Positions 48,610-57,784 of a stretch of DNA of 64,000 nucleotides are shown here, one piece after another. Source of the DNA: a virus (Duplodnaviria > Caudoviricetes); IMG/VR virus record IMGVR_UViG_2690315620_000001, positions 1,749-65,748 of that record, one strand, 5' to 3'. The position numbers were made by a program, and so were the translations under genes. How positions within the stretch are numbered: position 1 is the stretch's first letter; each line of letters starts with the position of its first letter. Below the pieces are notes generated by a model, which had not been told where the DNA came from, ran no database searches, and saw only the letters and a program-made list of their open reading frames with translations.

Positions 48610-49440
48610 TTATTTTCGGTCGAGTCGTGATTCGGCGAAAGTTACCGGTTCAACCTGGTCGTAACCGACCCAACAACTTCTTTTATGAGTAACGTTAAAT
48701 GATCCGCTAGAATCATACGATGTAATTTCTCCGACTTCACCTACGATTAAGTTCGCAATACGAGGATTTAGCACGCGCACAATATCGCCCTTGCGGTACT
48801 CATTCGGCTTGCGTCCTGCTTTCGTGAATACTGCGTCTTTAGCGGCTTGTTTAGCGAGTGACTCCGCTTTAGCCTTCGCTTCTGCGACTTCTTCGTCGGT
48901 AGCTTTACGAAGTTGCTCGTATTTGACTACGTATGTCCTTTCGCCAAGCGTGTTAACTCTCGCATGTGATGGCGCATAAGTTACGGAAGTACCTTCGTAT
49001 ACCCCTAACTTACCGTCTAAATCTACGCCAAATTTCGAGTTACCTCTGATGATAACGGATTCTCCGACTTTCAACGGCTCAACTTTCGGTGCGTATACGA
49101 GTACCGTATCGGTTGTGCGGCGCAATTGCGGTCGGTATAAATCGAATAATTCTCCGTCACGGTCCGCAATTTGAACGCCTTCCTCGACTTCGTACGTTCG
49201 TCCGACGCTGAATAGTTCGCCATCAGTATCGCAGAGAATAACGACGTCACCCGCTTGCGCCTTGCGTTCAACTAGCGTGTAAGTAGCGCCGTTGTGCGTA
49301 ATTTCTTTCGCAGGCTCGTCCGGGACTTCTTCCGGTACTTCTCCGCCGAACTTCTGCGTAATTGCGAATAATTCCTCCGTAGTTCCCTCGAAGATCGTGC
49401 CGTCTACTAATGTAAGTTTCGCCAATAATAACGCCTCCAT
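48610..49440 (-). CDS. Modular hypothetical protein
   Basis: RKA.AGD, LKVGE, Y.KGDIVRV small domains; likely TTG start a few codons in. Confidence 0.65.
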   Translation of the reverse strand: MEALLLAKLTLVDGTIFEGTTEELFAITQKFGGEVPEEVPDEPAKEITHNGATYTLVERKAQAGDVVILCDTDGELFSVGRTYEVEEGVQIADRDGELFDLYRPQLRRTTDTVLVYAPKVEPLKVGESVIIRGNSKFGVDLDGKLGVYEGTSVTYAPSHARVNTLGERTYVVKYEQLRKATDEEVAEAKAKAESLAKQAAKDAVFTKAGRKPNEYRKGDIVRVLNPRIANLIVGEVGEITSYDSSGSFNVTHKRSCWVGYDQVEPVTFAESRLDRK

Positions 49441-49446
49441 TTTCGT

Positions 49447-49833
49447 TTATAGTGTCGTAGGTAATTCCGTCCATTTCTCCGCTACTTCGTCGACCCGCGC
49501 CCAGTACTCGGATATGCACCGGTTTTCTACGAGGTATACGACGTTATTGGTTACGCCGATAAATACGTCGCAGTCGTACTTGTCGTAGACTTCTCCGCTG
49601 TTCTTCTTGCCTTTAAGGACGTAGTAATCGACGCCATCTTTCGTGCGCTGAATCAACGTCTTTACCTGACATCTGCAGATACGGTTGTCGCCTCGTTTGG
49701 TTACCGCGATATCGAACGCCGCCGGAACGATAGATTCCAGCACCGTCCACCCATTCGCAAGTAACGCTGTCTGCGCCAACAGTTCGCTATGGCGACCGAT
49801 GCTCGCTGTTGTAAGCGCCTGTGCGACTACCAT
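49447..49833 (-). CDS. PD-(D/E)XK endonuclease (group-I-intron-associated type), free-standing
   Basis: G..SE...L...GW.V, FD, QVKT, Y...DCD.F.GV. Confidence 0.7.
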   Translation of the reverse strand: MVVAQALTTASIGRHSELLAQTALLANGWTVLESIVPAAFDIAVTKRGDNRICRCQVKTLIQRTKDGVDYYVLKGKKNSGEVYDKYDCDVFIGVTNNVVYLVENRCISEYWARVDEVAEKWTELPTTL

Positions 49834-50657
49834 TAAAACGGCAAGCTTTCGGAGTCTACGTCGATTGGTCCGCTAGATGCTGCGAACGGGTCTGCGTTAG
49901 GAGCTGCGTTTGTTAGCCCGATTAAGCTAACGTCGAAGCCTGCTTGCGTCAGTAGCTTAATTTGCTCCGCTTCGTCCGCTTCGAATAGCAATCCGTCGAA
50001 CAGCGACATATCGAATTCAGCGGGCGCCTTCTCGAAATTAGCGCGTTGTGCGTCCGTTAAATCTTCGTCCATATCCATAACAGGCGATAGGCTTACCGTT
50101 GTTGTTGTTCCGCTACCTTGCTTCGATAGTTCGAACGCAAACTTTCCGAGGCGCTTTTCGTTCTTCACGATAACGGCATGAATCGCCTGTGCCTGCGCTT
50201 TAGATACGTCGACAATGATCGGCTCGCCCGTTGTTAAGTCGTAGAAGCCCATTGCAAAGCGCTGTTTAGCGCGATACTTGGACGCTTCTTGTCCGTGGTG
50301 GTCGCTGAAATCCGCCGATAAATCCTTGTGATATTTCCAAGCGCGATCCCAAACTGTATAGTCCGCTACTGGATAGCCGGCTTTCGATTTCTGCGATGGC
50401 TCTTTTGCTACGAAGCTATTAACCTGCTTGAAGATTCCGTATGAATAGAACGATATTAAATTCGCCGTACCGAGTACTTTAACGTAGAACGTGCTGCCGG
50501 ATTTAAAGCTTTGGAACTCCGCGTTATTTCCACCGTCGTTTGTTGCGTTCAAAGCGTCTAGTGCGTCCAAACCTGCTGCGTATTTACTCAATAAAATCGC
50601 TCCCTTTTCGAATGTTTTTCGAACGCTGGACTTTCCAACGCCCGCTACTACGTACAA
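49833..50657 (-). CDS. Single-stranded DNA-binding protein
   Basis: Acidic C-tail DPF...IDVDSESLPF; G.GTTT.V motif; two in-frame TTG starts (50657, 50591). Confidence 0.75.
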   Translation of the reverse strand: MYVVAGVGKSSVRKTFEKGAILLSKYAAGLDALDALNATNDGGNNAEFQSFKSGSTFYVKVLGTANLISFYSYGIFKQVNSFVAKEPSQKSKAGYPVADYTVWDRAWKYHKDLSADFSDHHGQEASKYRAKQRFAMGFYDLTTGEPIIVDVSKAQAQAIHAVIVKNEKRLGKFAFELSKQGSGTTTTVSLSPVMDMDEDLTDAQRANFEKAPAEFDMSLFDGLLFEADEAEQIKLLTQAGFDVSLIGLTNAAPNADPFAASSGPIDVDSESLPF

Positions 50658-50746
50658 CGCTAACCTCCTTCCCCACGATATTACGTCGCAGGATTGCAGT
50701 CGGGTTTCGGTTGTGACGCAGTAGCCGACGTTGATGCCGGCTTTAT

Positions 50747-51304
50747 TTATATAGTAAGAAAAGCGTCAGCCTCTCGTTTCGTACGCTCATATTCCGCTCG
50801 CAATTCGTCAAGCGCCTTACCAATCTCGTCGAACATGCCTAGCGCTACGTCAATATTCGTTTGAATCGACGCTTGTGTTTTCGGGTTCTTAGCGCGCACT
50901 TTGTTTAGCGTTAACTGCGCTATTTCGATTTGTACGAGCGCTTGTCGTTCGGATAGCGTACGGAATTCTCGCACAAATTGACGTTGCGCTTTCGTTAGTT
51001 CGCGTTTGATTGTAGCGCGAGCTTTCGAGATTATGGCGTTAGTTGCGGAGAATTTAACCTTCGCTTTAACACCGTCGCCATGCTTCGGTAAAATCGTTAC
51101 GATAACGTCGTCTTTAGGGTCGAGTACGATCATCGCGTCGATACCGCTGTTTTTATACACTTTGCGCTTACTAGGCGTTTGGGTCGTTACGTAAAGCGCC
51201 GTTTCCATTAGCTGGTTAAACCATGCCTTCGCGTCCTCTTCCGCAACTCCGAATCTGATACGCGCTTGCTCAACGGCGTGAACCGTAGGATTGTACGTTT
51301 TCAT
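50747..51304 (-). CDS. Hypothetical protein (T.HA.E...RF N-domain plus coiled coil)
   Basis: ORF track; ATGA overlap. Confidence 0.65.
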   Translation of the reverse strand: MKTYNPTVHAVEQARIRFGVAEEDAKAWFNQLMETALYVTTQTPSKRKVYKNSGIDAMIVLDPKDDVIVTILPKHGDGVKAKVKFSATNAIISKARATIKRELTKAQRQFVREFRTLSERQALVQIEIAQLTLNKVRAKNPKTQASIQTNIDVALGMFDEIGKALDELRAEYERTKREADAFLTI

Positions 51305-51474
51305 CCAAGTCGCACCACCTTTACCATGCGATAGTAGTCCGCCTCGTCGCCGTCTGCGTCTAAAGTACCGTTGTAGTCGTAGTCCGCTTGGTAGCGTCCG
51401 TGTAAAGTTGGTAAATATTGCGTGTTTAAATCCGGCGAATCCGGGTTATAATAGTTAGTGTAGTAGTTAGGCAT
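51301..51474 (-). CDS. 57-aa Tyr/Asp-rich protein
   Basis: GGAGG RBS; MPNYYTNYYNPDSP...; below track cutoff. Confidence 0.6.
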   Translation of the reverse strand: MPNYYTNYYNPDSPDLNTQYLPTLHGRYQADYDYNGTLDADGDEADYYRMVKVVRLG

Positions 51475-51582
51475 TGCGTTAACCTCCGTTTAAGTTTCGT
51501 TTTATTTTTAAGGAAAGTGGAACGTTTCCGGTAAACTTGCGTATACTATAGTAGACAAGTGAAGTATCCTCACAATAATATA

Positions 51583-51611
51583 TTGAATAAAGATTCATCA
51601 TGCGTTATAAT
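51583..51611 (+). promoter_or_regulatory. sigA-type promoter antisense to phage sigma gene
   Basis: TTGAAT-17nt-TATAAT. Confidence 0.6.
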
Positions 51612-51656
51612 AACTTTTGAAGGCATAATTAAATAAGCCTACGTAATACGAATTTA

Positions 51657-52277
51657 TTAACCGACATGCACTGTTGGTGCCGTGAAATAGTCGTAATAAC
51701 TTCCATAGATTGATTCATCATAATGTTTAGATAAATTACGAATTCGCGATTTTACAGTTTTGTCGGTAGTGCCGATTTGCTTGGCGGCTTTTCGGTACGA
51801 ATCAGTTTCGATGAATGCTGACGCTGATGTGAGAGTTAGTTCGTTAGCATTCGATAGTAAGAACGTGACTAGTTGGCGCTGGTCGCGTTTTTTTATTCCC
51901 TTAATCTCGTCATCTTCTGTCGTTGGCGCGACTTCGATGATTTCGTACACTTCGTTTAGAATTCCGTCGTCATCCTCGTACATTACTTCGGTGGTTCGGT
52001 TATCGCGTAGTGTTCTTTTTCTGGCTAAATCGATGCAGCCGAATTTTATGGCGCTGTATACTGCGTTTTTGAATTTTCCTTGACCATCGAACTTAGTAGC
52101 GATGTCGAGTAACTTTTCGTTTATCATCGATTCGACGTCCAGTTCGTCTAACTTGTACCTCCGAGAGAAAGTGCTTACTATTCCGAATCCCCCTTCGTAG
52201 ATATATTCGTAGATTTCGCAAAATGCTTTTTCGCATTTCGTTGTTTGATACCGTAGTACTATTTCGTTGATTGGCAT
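51657..52277 (-). CDS. Phage sigma70-family (ECF-like) sigma factor
   Basis: Region 2 (AF.EIY...D.ES...KFD..GKF..AI...CID..RK) and region 4 HTH (SYRKAAKQIG...TVKSRI). Confidence 0.8.
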   Translation of the reverse strand: MPINEIVLRYQTTKCEKAFCEIYEYIYEGGFGIVSTFSRRYKLDELDVESMINEKLLDIATKFDGQGKFKNAVYSAIKFGCIDLARKRTLRDNRTTEVMYEDDDGILNEVYEIIEVAPTTEDDEIKGIKKRDQRQLVTFLLSNANELTLTSASAFIETDSYRKAAKQIGTTDKTVKSRIRNLSKHYDESIYGSYYDYFTAPTVHVG

Positions 52278-52298
52278 GTTTTGTATTCCTCCTATAAT

Positions 52299-52330
52299 AG
52301 TATTATCGTTTCTAATTTCAAAGTGCGGAG
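52299..52330 (-). promoter_or_regulatory. Phage-sigma promoter copy upstream of the sigma gene
   Basis: CTCCGC-N13-AAACGATAATACT. Confidence 0.8.
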
Positions 52331-52452
52331 TAGATATTGAAAAGTTTTTAAAAATTGTTTATTTACTTACTCCTTAGATAATAATATAATTAAAGTGGTT
52401 GAGAAAGTCAACCCTTTTTTATAACTTTTGTCACAGGGAGAGAATTAGGTCT

Positions 52453-52662
52453 ATGGTATCGTATGAAAAACTACGGAGTTTACTAGAATCTCGCGGAATT
52501 TCCTTCCGTACTTTACGAAAAGAAGTCGGCATTACATCGAACGTTGCGGCCAATTTAAACAACGATCGTCCCGTATCTATCGAACGTTTAGCGGAAATTT
52601 GCCTGTATTTAGACGTCCCTATCGAAGCTGTCGTCGAAGTACTACCGAAGGAAAGCGATTGA
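52453..52662 (+). CDS. Cro/C1-type HTH regulator (repressor candidate)
   Basis: MVSYEKL..L..RGI...L...VSIE.L..IC.YLDVPIE.VVE; divergent from sigma gene. Confidence 0.85.
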   Translation: MVSYEKLRSLLESRGISFRTLRKEVGITSNVAANLNNDRPVSIERLAEICLYLDVPIEAVVEVLPKESD

Positions 52663-52687
52663 GGCGCCGTAATTGGCGTCTTTTTTA
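52662..52687 (+). terminator. Intrinsic terminator
   Basis: AGGCGCC-GTAATT-GGCGTCT then T-run. Confidence 0.75.
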
Positions 52688-52730
52688 TTTCTTCGATAAA
52701 TGGTAAAATATTCTGCGGAGGTGTGCGACT

Positions 52731-52940
52731 ATAGACGTTATGTTGCGTTGTAACTTGCGCGACCGTCGCTTAGATCGCGGACTTACGCAGTATGAGCTAG
52801 AAGTACTATCGGGCGTTTCTCGTCATACGATTTCTGCTTACGAGAACGGCAGCTCGAAATTACAGGTTAAGACTGCGGTAAAGTTTGCGATTGCCCTCAA
52901 CTGTACGCTTGACGAATTATTCGAATATAAGCGTATATGA
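52731..52940 (+). CDS. XRE-family HTH regulator, possible ATA start
   Basis: LTQ.EL...GVSR.TIS.YENG; GGAGG is 9 nt from in-frame ATA(52731) but 18 nt from ATG(52740). Confidence 0.8.
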   Translation: MDVMLRCNLRDRRLDRGLTQYELEVLSGVSRHTISAYENGSSKLQVKTAVKFAIALNCTLDELFEYKRI

Positions 52941-52979
52941 CTACGGTCGCGGACGGGCTTTTATCGCCGTCCGTGGGAA

Positions 52980-53046
52980 TGTTAAGGAATTCCTTAACAG
53001 AACATATGTTACCGCTAATATTACCATGATTACCAGATGTTGTCGA
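52980..53046 (-). promoter_or_regulatory. sigA-type promoter with LexA-like box and 20-bp palindrome
   Basis: TCGACA-17nt-TAATAT (with TG); GAACATATGTTA at 53000-53011; TGTTAAGGAATTCCTTAACA at 52980-52999. Confidence 0.55.
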
Positions 53047-53071
53047 TAAGTTTCGCCATATTCCGACTCTT

Positions 53072-54055
53072 TTATTTTCGCATGTATGTCGGACTAGTTA
53101 ACCCTACGGAGATAGTGTTTTCCTTCGTTACAGACGCCGCAAGACTTCGCAATGCCTCCGGCCCATTTGCCGTCAAAATAGCGTTCGCATCCTTCATCGG
53201 TATTGCCCCGTAATTTACCGTGTACAAGCGTTCGCCGCGTAAGAGAATCGCCACTTGTTCGTTGAAGCGTCGTCCTGCTTTGTCGTTATCGCCCGCTGCA
53301 ATAATCGCGTCATACGGCAAGCATCGAATTATATCCGCTTGCTTCCGATTGAACGCTACACCACCGACCGCCACTGCGTTAAAGCCCGCCGTTTGCCACG
53401 ATAGCGCATCGATTTCCGCTTCACATACGTAAAGGTCCCCGCCAGTAACAACGTTTGCGCCGTACACTAGCTGACGTATCGGATGCGCTCCTTTTTCGTA
53501 GAAGAACGTCTTACCTCGCGTCGCACGGTACTTTACGTTGGCAAGGCGGCCATCCGGTAAATACCACGGAATCGCAACGAAGCCTTTGTGCCGGGTCTTG
53601 CCTACGCCTGCTCGCGCTTGGACTTCCGGACTAATGCCGCGCTTCGTTAAATACGGCGACGTTAGCTGCTCGATTAATGCGCAGTCGAGTGGTCGGAAAG
53701 GCTTACGCTGCTTTAGCGGTGGGACGATTAGCTTTTGACGCTCCGTTGCTTCGCCTATGCCGTAAGACTCAACGAGGTAATCTTCCGTTTCTTCGTACGT
53801 TTCGTTGCGTAGGAAAGCGAGTAGCTTCGTAAAATTGCCGGAAGCCCAGTCGGAATCGTAAGCGCCTGAATCTCCGAAACAGCCGGCGTATTCACCGTCG
53901 TAATTAACGAAGAACGATGGCGTTTTATCATAACGGAAGGGCGATGCTGCGATTAGCTTATCGGCGTTGGGCTTAACGGACAACCATTCGAAAGCGTCGA
54001 GTTCGTTGCGGATGTCTACGTTTAGCGGTTGTCCGCGAACGGTAATTATCGGCAT
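53072..54055 (-). CDS. DNA primase (TOPRIM)
   Basis: SPFR.D..PSF, YL..RGI, KYR, EAEIDALS, D.DKAG, KDAN; start MPII. Confidence 0.9.
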   Translation of the reverse strand: MPIITVRGQPLNVDIRNELDAFEWLSVKPNADKLIAASPFRYDKTPSFFVNYDGEYAGCFGDSGAYDSDWASGNFTKLLAFLRNETYEETEDYLVESYGIGEATERQKLIVPPLKQRKPFRPLDCALIEQLTSPYLTKRGISPEVQARAGVGKTRHKGFVAIPWYLPDGRLANVKYRATRGKTFFYEKGAHPIRQLVYGANVVTGGDLYVCEAEIDALSWQTAGFNAVAVGGVAFNRKQADIIRCLPYDAIIAAGDNDKAGRRFNEQVAILLRGERLYTVNYGAIPMKDANAILTANGPEALRSLAASVTKENTISVGLTSPTYMRK

Positions 54056-54120
54056 GAGTGTGTCCTCCTTATTAACTATAATCTTGGAAATATAGTGGCG
54101 CAAGGAATAGCACTCGTCGA

Positions 54121-55464
54121 TTAAAAATTAAATTCTGTAATCGCATTTGCGCCTGTCTCCGCTTCCTTCACTACGCCATACTGCGGCATATAAAGTATCT
54201 CCGACGTATTCCCTTCGCCACCGTCGCGCCCTTTAAATACGCCGACTAGCGCTCGCCCTTGCTTATACGCTGAGTCTACGCCGATTAATAGCGAGGCATC
54301 TTCGAGTAGGCTTTTCGTTTTCTTGACGTCCTTCCTATTCGGTAACTCTAGTTCGCGCTCGCCTTCGTCATCCTCGGTAGGTGTCGTTTCCTCCGCTTGG
54401 GTAATAGCGATAGCAACTACGGACTTTCGCCCGGCAAGCCTACGTAATAACATCGAAGTATTAGCTGCGTCACCGCCCGCCGTTTTGGACGTATTCGCTT
54501 CGTAGTCCAGGAAGTAAAACGGATCGATTACGACATAATCCGCTTTCGTCATCGTAATATCCGCTTCTAGCGCTCGTAGCGTTCTATTCCCAAAGTCCTC
54601 GTCATCAACGGCACGAACCGTAATATTACCCGGTATAATTTCGTTTAGTTGTCCGACGAATGTTCGGAAAGCGCCTTCGAATTCATCGTTCAATTGTCCG
54701 AGCCTTACGTCGCGGCTATCGAAGCCCGCCGACATATCTACGCCGTTTAGGTGGGCCGTTGTAATACCGGATTCTCCCGACAAGCTAACGTAGATACGTA
54801 CGAGGACTTCGTACCATCCCATTTCCATCGCCCATATCAGAACGTTCGCGCCTTGTGATGCGGCGTATATGGCGTCCTCTAGCGCAATGACCGATTTACC
54901 TCGTCCCGACTTACCGAATATCGTATATAAGTTACCGCTGACGTATTCCCCGATTGCGCTAAACTTGCTACGCCATATGCGGAATGACTCGCCGGCTTTC
55001 CTACGTTCGTACTCCGATAGAAACTTCGCTGTGTCGTTTTTTAAATCCGTCCCCACTTTTTCTCGAACGTCTGTTCTCAGTTTAATCGCTTCTAACCGTT
55101 CTGTCAACGTGTCGAGGAACGTCGGCATGTCATCGCGGTTACTTTCGAAAAGCCTCGCCAGTTCACCGTTGTTAACGAATTCCGAGAACTGCGCGTCCGC
55201 CGAATCGTTCATTAATTTTCGCGTTAGAAAGCCGTACGATTCTCCGACTTGTGGCGTATAGAAAAAGCCGGGACATTCTTCGGTAACGGACGCATAGCTT
55301 GGCGCTTGGCCTCGGTTAGTCGTGGCGTAGTCACGTATGAACCGGTAGGCTTTGCGTTCTGCATCCGTATTGAAATGCGCTTCGGTGACGTTATGGCGAT
55401 CGAGTGCGGAAATATCGTTGTTATCAATAATCTTCGATAATAGTAATATACCGTAGTTACTCAA
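54121..55464 (-). CDS. DnaB-like replicative helicase
   Basis: GKSGRGKS Walker A, .MEM, VIDP, ITQA, KGRDG. Confidence 0.9.
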   Translation of the reverse strand: MSNYGILLLSKIIDNNDISALDRHNVTEAHFNTDAERKAYRFIRDYATTNRGQAPSYASVTEECPGFFYTPQVGESYGFLTRKLMNDSADAQFSEFVNNGELARLFESNRDDMPTFLDTLTERLEAIKLRTDVREKVGTDLKNDTAKFLSEYERRKAGESFRIWRSKFSAIGEYVSGNLYTIFGKSGRGKSVIALEDAIYAASQGANVLIWAMEMGWYEVLVRIYVSLSGESGITTAHLNGVDMSAGFDSRDVRLGQLNDEFEGAFRTFVGQLNEIIPGNITVRAVDDEDFGNRTLRALEADITMTKADYVVIDPFYFLDYEANTSKTAGGDAANTSMLLRRLAGRKSVVAIAITQAEETTPTEDDEGERELELPNRKDVKKTKSLLEDASLLIGVDSAYKQGRALVGVFKGRDGGEGNTSEILYMPQYGVVKEAETGANAITEFNF

Positions 55465-55572
55465 TTAACGTTTCCTCCTTTTTCGATGTAATTTCGGAAA
55501 ACCGCGTCGTTGCTGTATCGGACGCGTATTCGGCGATTCCGTTGTCTACCGTATACGGGTACTTTTACGCCA

Positions 55573-55728
55573 CTACTTACCCGACAAGTCGTAATACCAA
55601 TCGGCTTCCTTATCGAGTTGCTCGTCGGTTAATTCGTTAAAGTCGCCGTGGTCGATCCCGAGATCACCCGCGATCATTACGCAGAAGTTAATCCAGTACG
55701 CGCGTTCTTCTTCGGTAAACTTCGTCAT
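55573..55728 (-). CDS. 51-aa acidic protein
   Basis: AAGGGG RBS; MTKFTEEER...LTDEQLDKE; ATGA coupling. Confidence 0.55.
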   Translation of the reverse strand: MTKFTEEERAYWINFCVMIAGDLGIDHGDFNELTDEQLDKEADWYYDLSGK

Positions 55729-55892
55729 CTAAACGTATCCCCCTTATACTTCCGTTTGAATTTCCAAGCCGATATATCCCCCGACCATACCTTCTTAACT
55801 TTTCCGCATTTAACACATCCGAATGTATAAGGTAAAGTGTCTACCGTTTTCCATCCGTGGTTACAGCGGATTTGTTTTAGTAAGAATTTCAT
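55725..55892 (-). CDS. 55-aa CxH/CxxC zinc-ribbon protein
   Basis: KQIRCNHGW...CVKCGK; ATGA coupling both ends. Confidence 0.55.
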   Translation of the reverse strand: MKFLLKQIRCNHGWKTVDTLPYTFGCVKCGKVKKVWSGDISAWKFKRKYKGDTFR

Positions 55893-56386
55893 CGTCCGCT
55901 CACCGCCTTCAACTTCTCGCTAACTTCCGCAATGCGCTCCGTATATTCCTCGTCCTTACCACCGAAGAATTCGTTTAATAGCGTCAAGTCGTTCAACTCG
56001 TCGAGTAGTTCGTCCACTTGCGCCTGTTTCTGCTGACGACTTTTCGGCTTTGGCTTCGGCGTCACTGGCGCTACGTTTTCAGCACTATCGACATTAACCG
56101 TGAATGATAGTCCGCTAAGTAGCGATGGTGTTACGGGGTGATCGTAGTTGGCGATGAATACTTCGGCGTGTGTTGCGCCACAAACGAACTTCACTTCGTC
56201 ATGCGCACCGATTGTATATTCGCCAGTATTTACGCAAGATACGTCGTACCAAATGTCCTCTTCCGTACCGTCCTCGTCGACCATGAATTCGTGTGTATAA
56301 GCGTCCACTCGGAATAGTCTGCGTCCATAACCGTTAATCGTTACGATGTCACCGATATTTGCAATGGGTTTTAATTTTGGATTCAT
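55889..56386 (-). CDS. Hypothetical protein (IGDIV domain plus IDEAL-like C-terminus)
   Basis: GGAGG RBS; VDELLDELND...F..DEEY. Confidence 0.6.
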   Translation of the reverse strand: MNPKLKPIANIGDIVTINGYGRRLFRVDAYTHEFMVDEDGTEEDIWYDVSCVNTGEYTIGAHDEVKFVCGATHAEVFIANYDHPVTPSLLSGLSFTVNVDSAENVAPVTPKPKPKSRQQKQAQVDELLDELNDLTLLNEFFGGKDEEYTERIAEVSEKLKAVSGR

Positions 56387-56406
56387 GCGTTAGCCCTCCG
56401 TTTCTT

Positions 56407-56601
56407 TTAGTAAAATCCGAATAATTTAAACGCTATTGCTTCGGCTAGGAGATACGTGAAGCCCCCGCCGAATACCGTAATGTGCGCTCGTACTGCGTCG
56501 CTTTTAATAGTTAGCGCTCGGTCGATATAATAGAACGTAATTAGCGTAAGTGCCGGTATGCCTACGATTATTATTGCGATTTGTGTTAGCGCGGTGAGCA
56601 T
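56407..56601 (-). CDS. Small membrane protein
   Basis: Two TM segments; GGAGG RBS. Confidence 0.6.
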   Translation of the reverse strand: MLTALTQIAIIIVGIPALTLITFYYIDRALTIKSDAVRAHITVFGGGFTYLLAEAIAFKLFGFY

Positions 56602-56603
56602 CG

Positions 56604-57053
56604 TTACGCCTCCGTTTCATTTAAGAGATTCGCGTTTTCGTATATGTTCCCGACGACTTCATAGTTGTTTAACCAGTCGATAGGCATGTGTATTTCTTCA
56701 TGTTTACCACTTATAGTTTTCGTGGTTTTATAATCAAATGAACAACCAGTAACCCCTACTACACCTATTTGCGAAAAACCCTCTTCGCGGTCATAATCAA
56801 TTATTCCTCCGCCGCTGTCTCGGTATGGCACGTATTCGTCCTCATGCCATACTTTTAAAATATCTCCCTCATAAATCTCTACACCGTTCTTGTCGGTGAG
56901 TCCTGCGTACTGCATTACTTCAACATCTTCGTCAACTGGACCGTGATATTTCGGCGTATTAACCGCATCGAGCTCGCCGTCAATCCAAGAAAGTCCCCAT
57001 ACTTGCCTTAATCGTTCGCCATCCCACGCTCTAAACTTAATCTCTCTCATCAT
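56604..57053 (-). CDS. YopX-family protein
   Basis: MREIKFRAW, MQYAGL.DKNG.EIYEGDIL, EVVGNIYEN. Confidence 0.92.
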   Translation of the reverse strand: MMREIKFRAWDGERLRQVWGLSWIDGELDAVNTPKYHGPVDEDVEVMQYAGLTDKNGVEIYEGDILKVWHEDEYVPYRDSGGGIIDYDREEGFSQIGVVGVTGCSFDYKTTKTISGKHEEIHMPIDWLNNYEVVGNIYENANLLNETEA

Positions 57054-57784
57054 CGTTTCCCCCTTTTCGATTCACCTACGAAGTGTAATACCGCGCATTG
57101 GTCGCGCATCCTATCGGCAAGCCTCGCATCGAACACGGTCGCCATTTCGGCAATCGGCAGATTCGACGTATAGAGCGTAGGCTTGCCGTTTGTAGTTCTA
57201 GCGTTAATGATCGCGTGTACAATCGATTTAAACGATTCACTTGCGGACCTAATACCTACGTCATCCATTACGAGGAAGCTGACGTCCATTGCCTTGCGCA
57301 TTTCGGCCGTTACCTTCGCCAAGCCTGCTTCGTCATGCGTCATGGTAGCGAGGTTGTAATCCGTTTGCAGCTTATTGACGTCGAGAAATAGCGCCGGCCG
57401 TTGCTCCGCCTGTTGTCCGCGTTTGAGCGAGCCGAGGTAATGAGCGACGATATATTCTGATATTAAACTCGCCGCAGTCGTGGTTTTCCCCGTGCCTGGC
57501 GATTCGCTCCAAAGATATAGCGATTTAATCCGCTGTCCATCTGCGTCAAACTGGCGTTCAAACGTCGCTACATAATCCGCTAATAGCCCGTAGATGTCCG
57601 CCTGTTCCTTGCGCGCTGGCGACGTTGCTAGCGTGATGTTCCGATATTCCGACGGCACTTTCGCAGCGCCTATGCGGCCGCCCTTTGAATTTAAACCGGT
57701 TAAAGCGATTCTGTGCGCGCAGGTCATTAGGCACGTTTTGCAGCCTCCGCGCTTATGTGCGTCTAGTAAGCAATTTCGCGTCAT
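57050..57784 (-). CDS. DnaC/IstB-like ATPase (helicase loader)
   Basis: SPGTGKTT, VMDDVG, YTSN, RL.DRM, F.GESKR. Confidence 0.88.
   Translation of the reverse strand: MTRNCLLDAHKRGGCKTCLMTCAHRIALTGLNSKGGRIGAAKVPSEYRNITLATSPARKEQADIYGLLADYVATFERQFDADGQRIKSLYLWSESPGTGKTTTAASLISEYIVAHYLGSLKRGQQAEQRPALFLDVNKLQTDYNLATMTHDEAGLAKVTAEMRKAMDVSFLVMDDVGIRSASESFKSIVHAIINARTTNGKPTLYTSNLPIAEMATVFDARLADRMRDQCAVLHFVGESKRGKR

Noticed and set aside
50660-50730. Cobalamin riboswitch (GGGAAGG, ACTG fragments; phage has a B12-dependent RNR)
   Set aside because: Core B12-box elements are missing, GGAAGGAGG is explained as an RBS, and it is far from nrdJ
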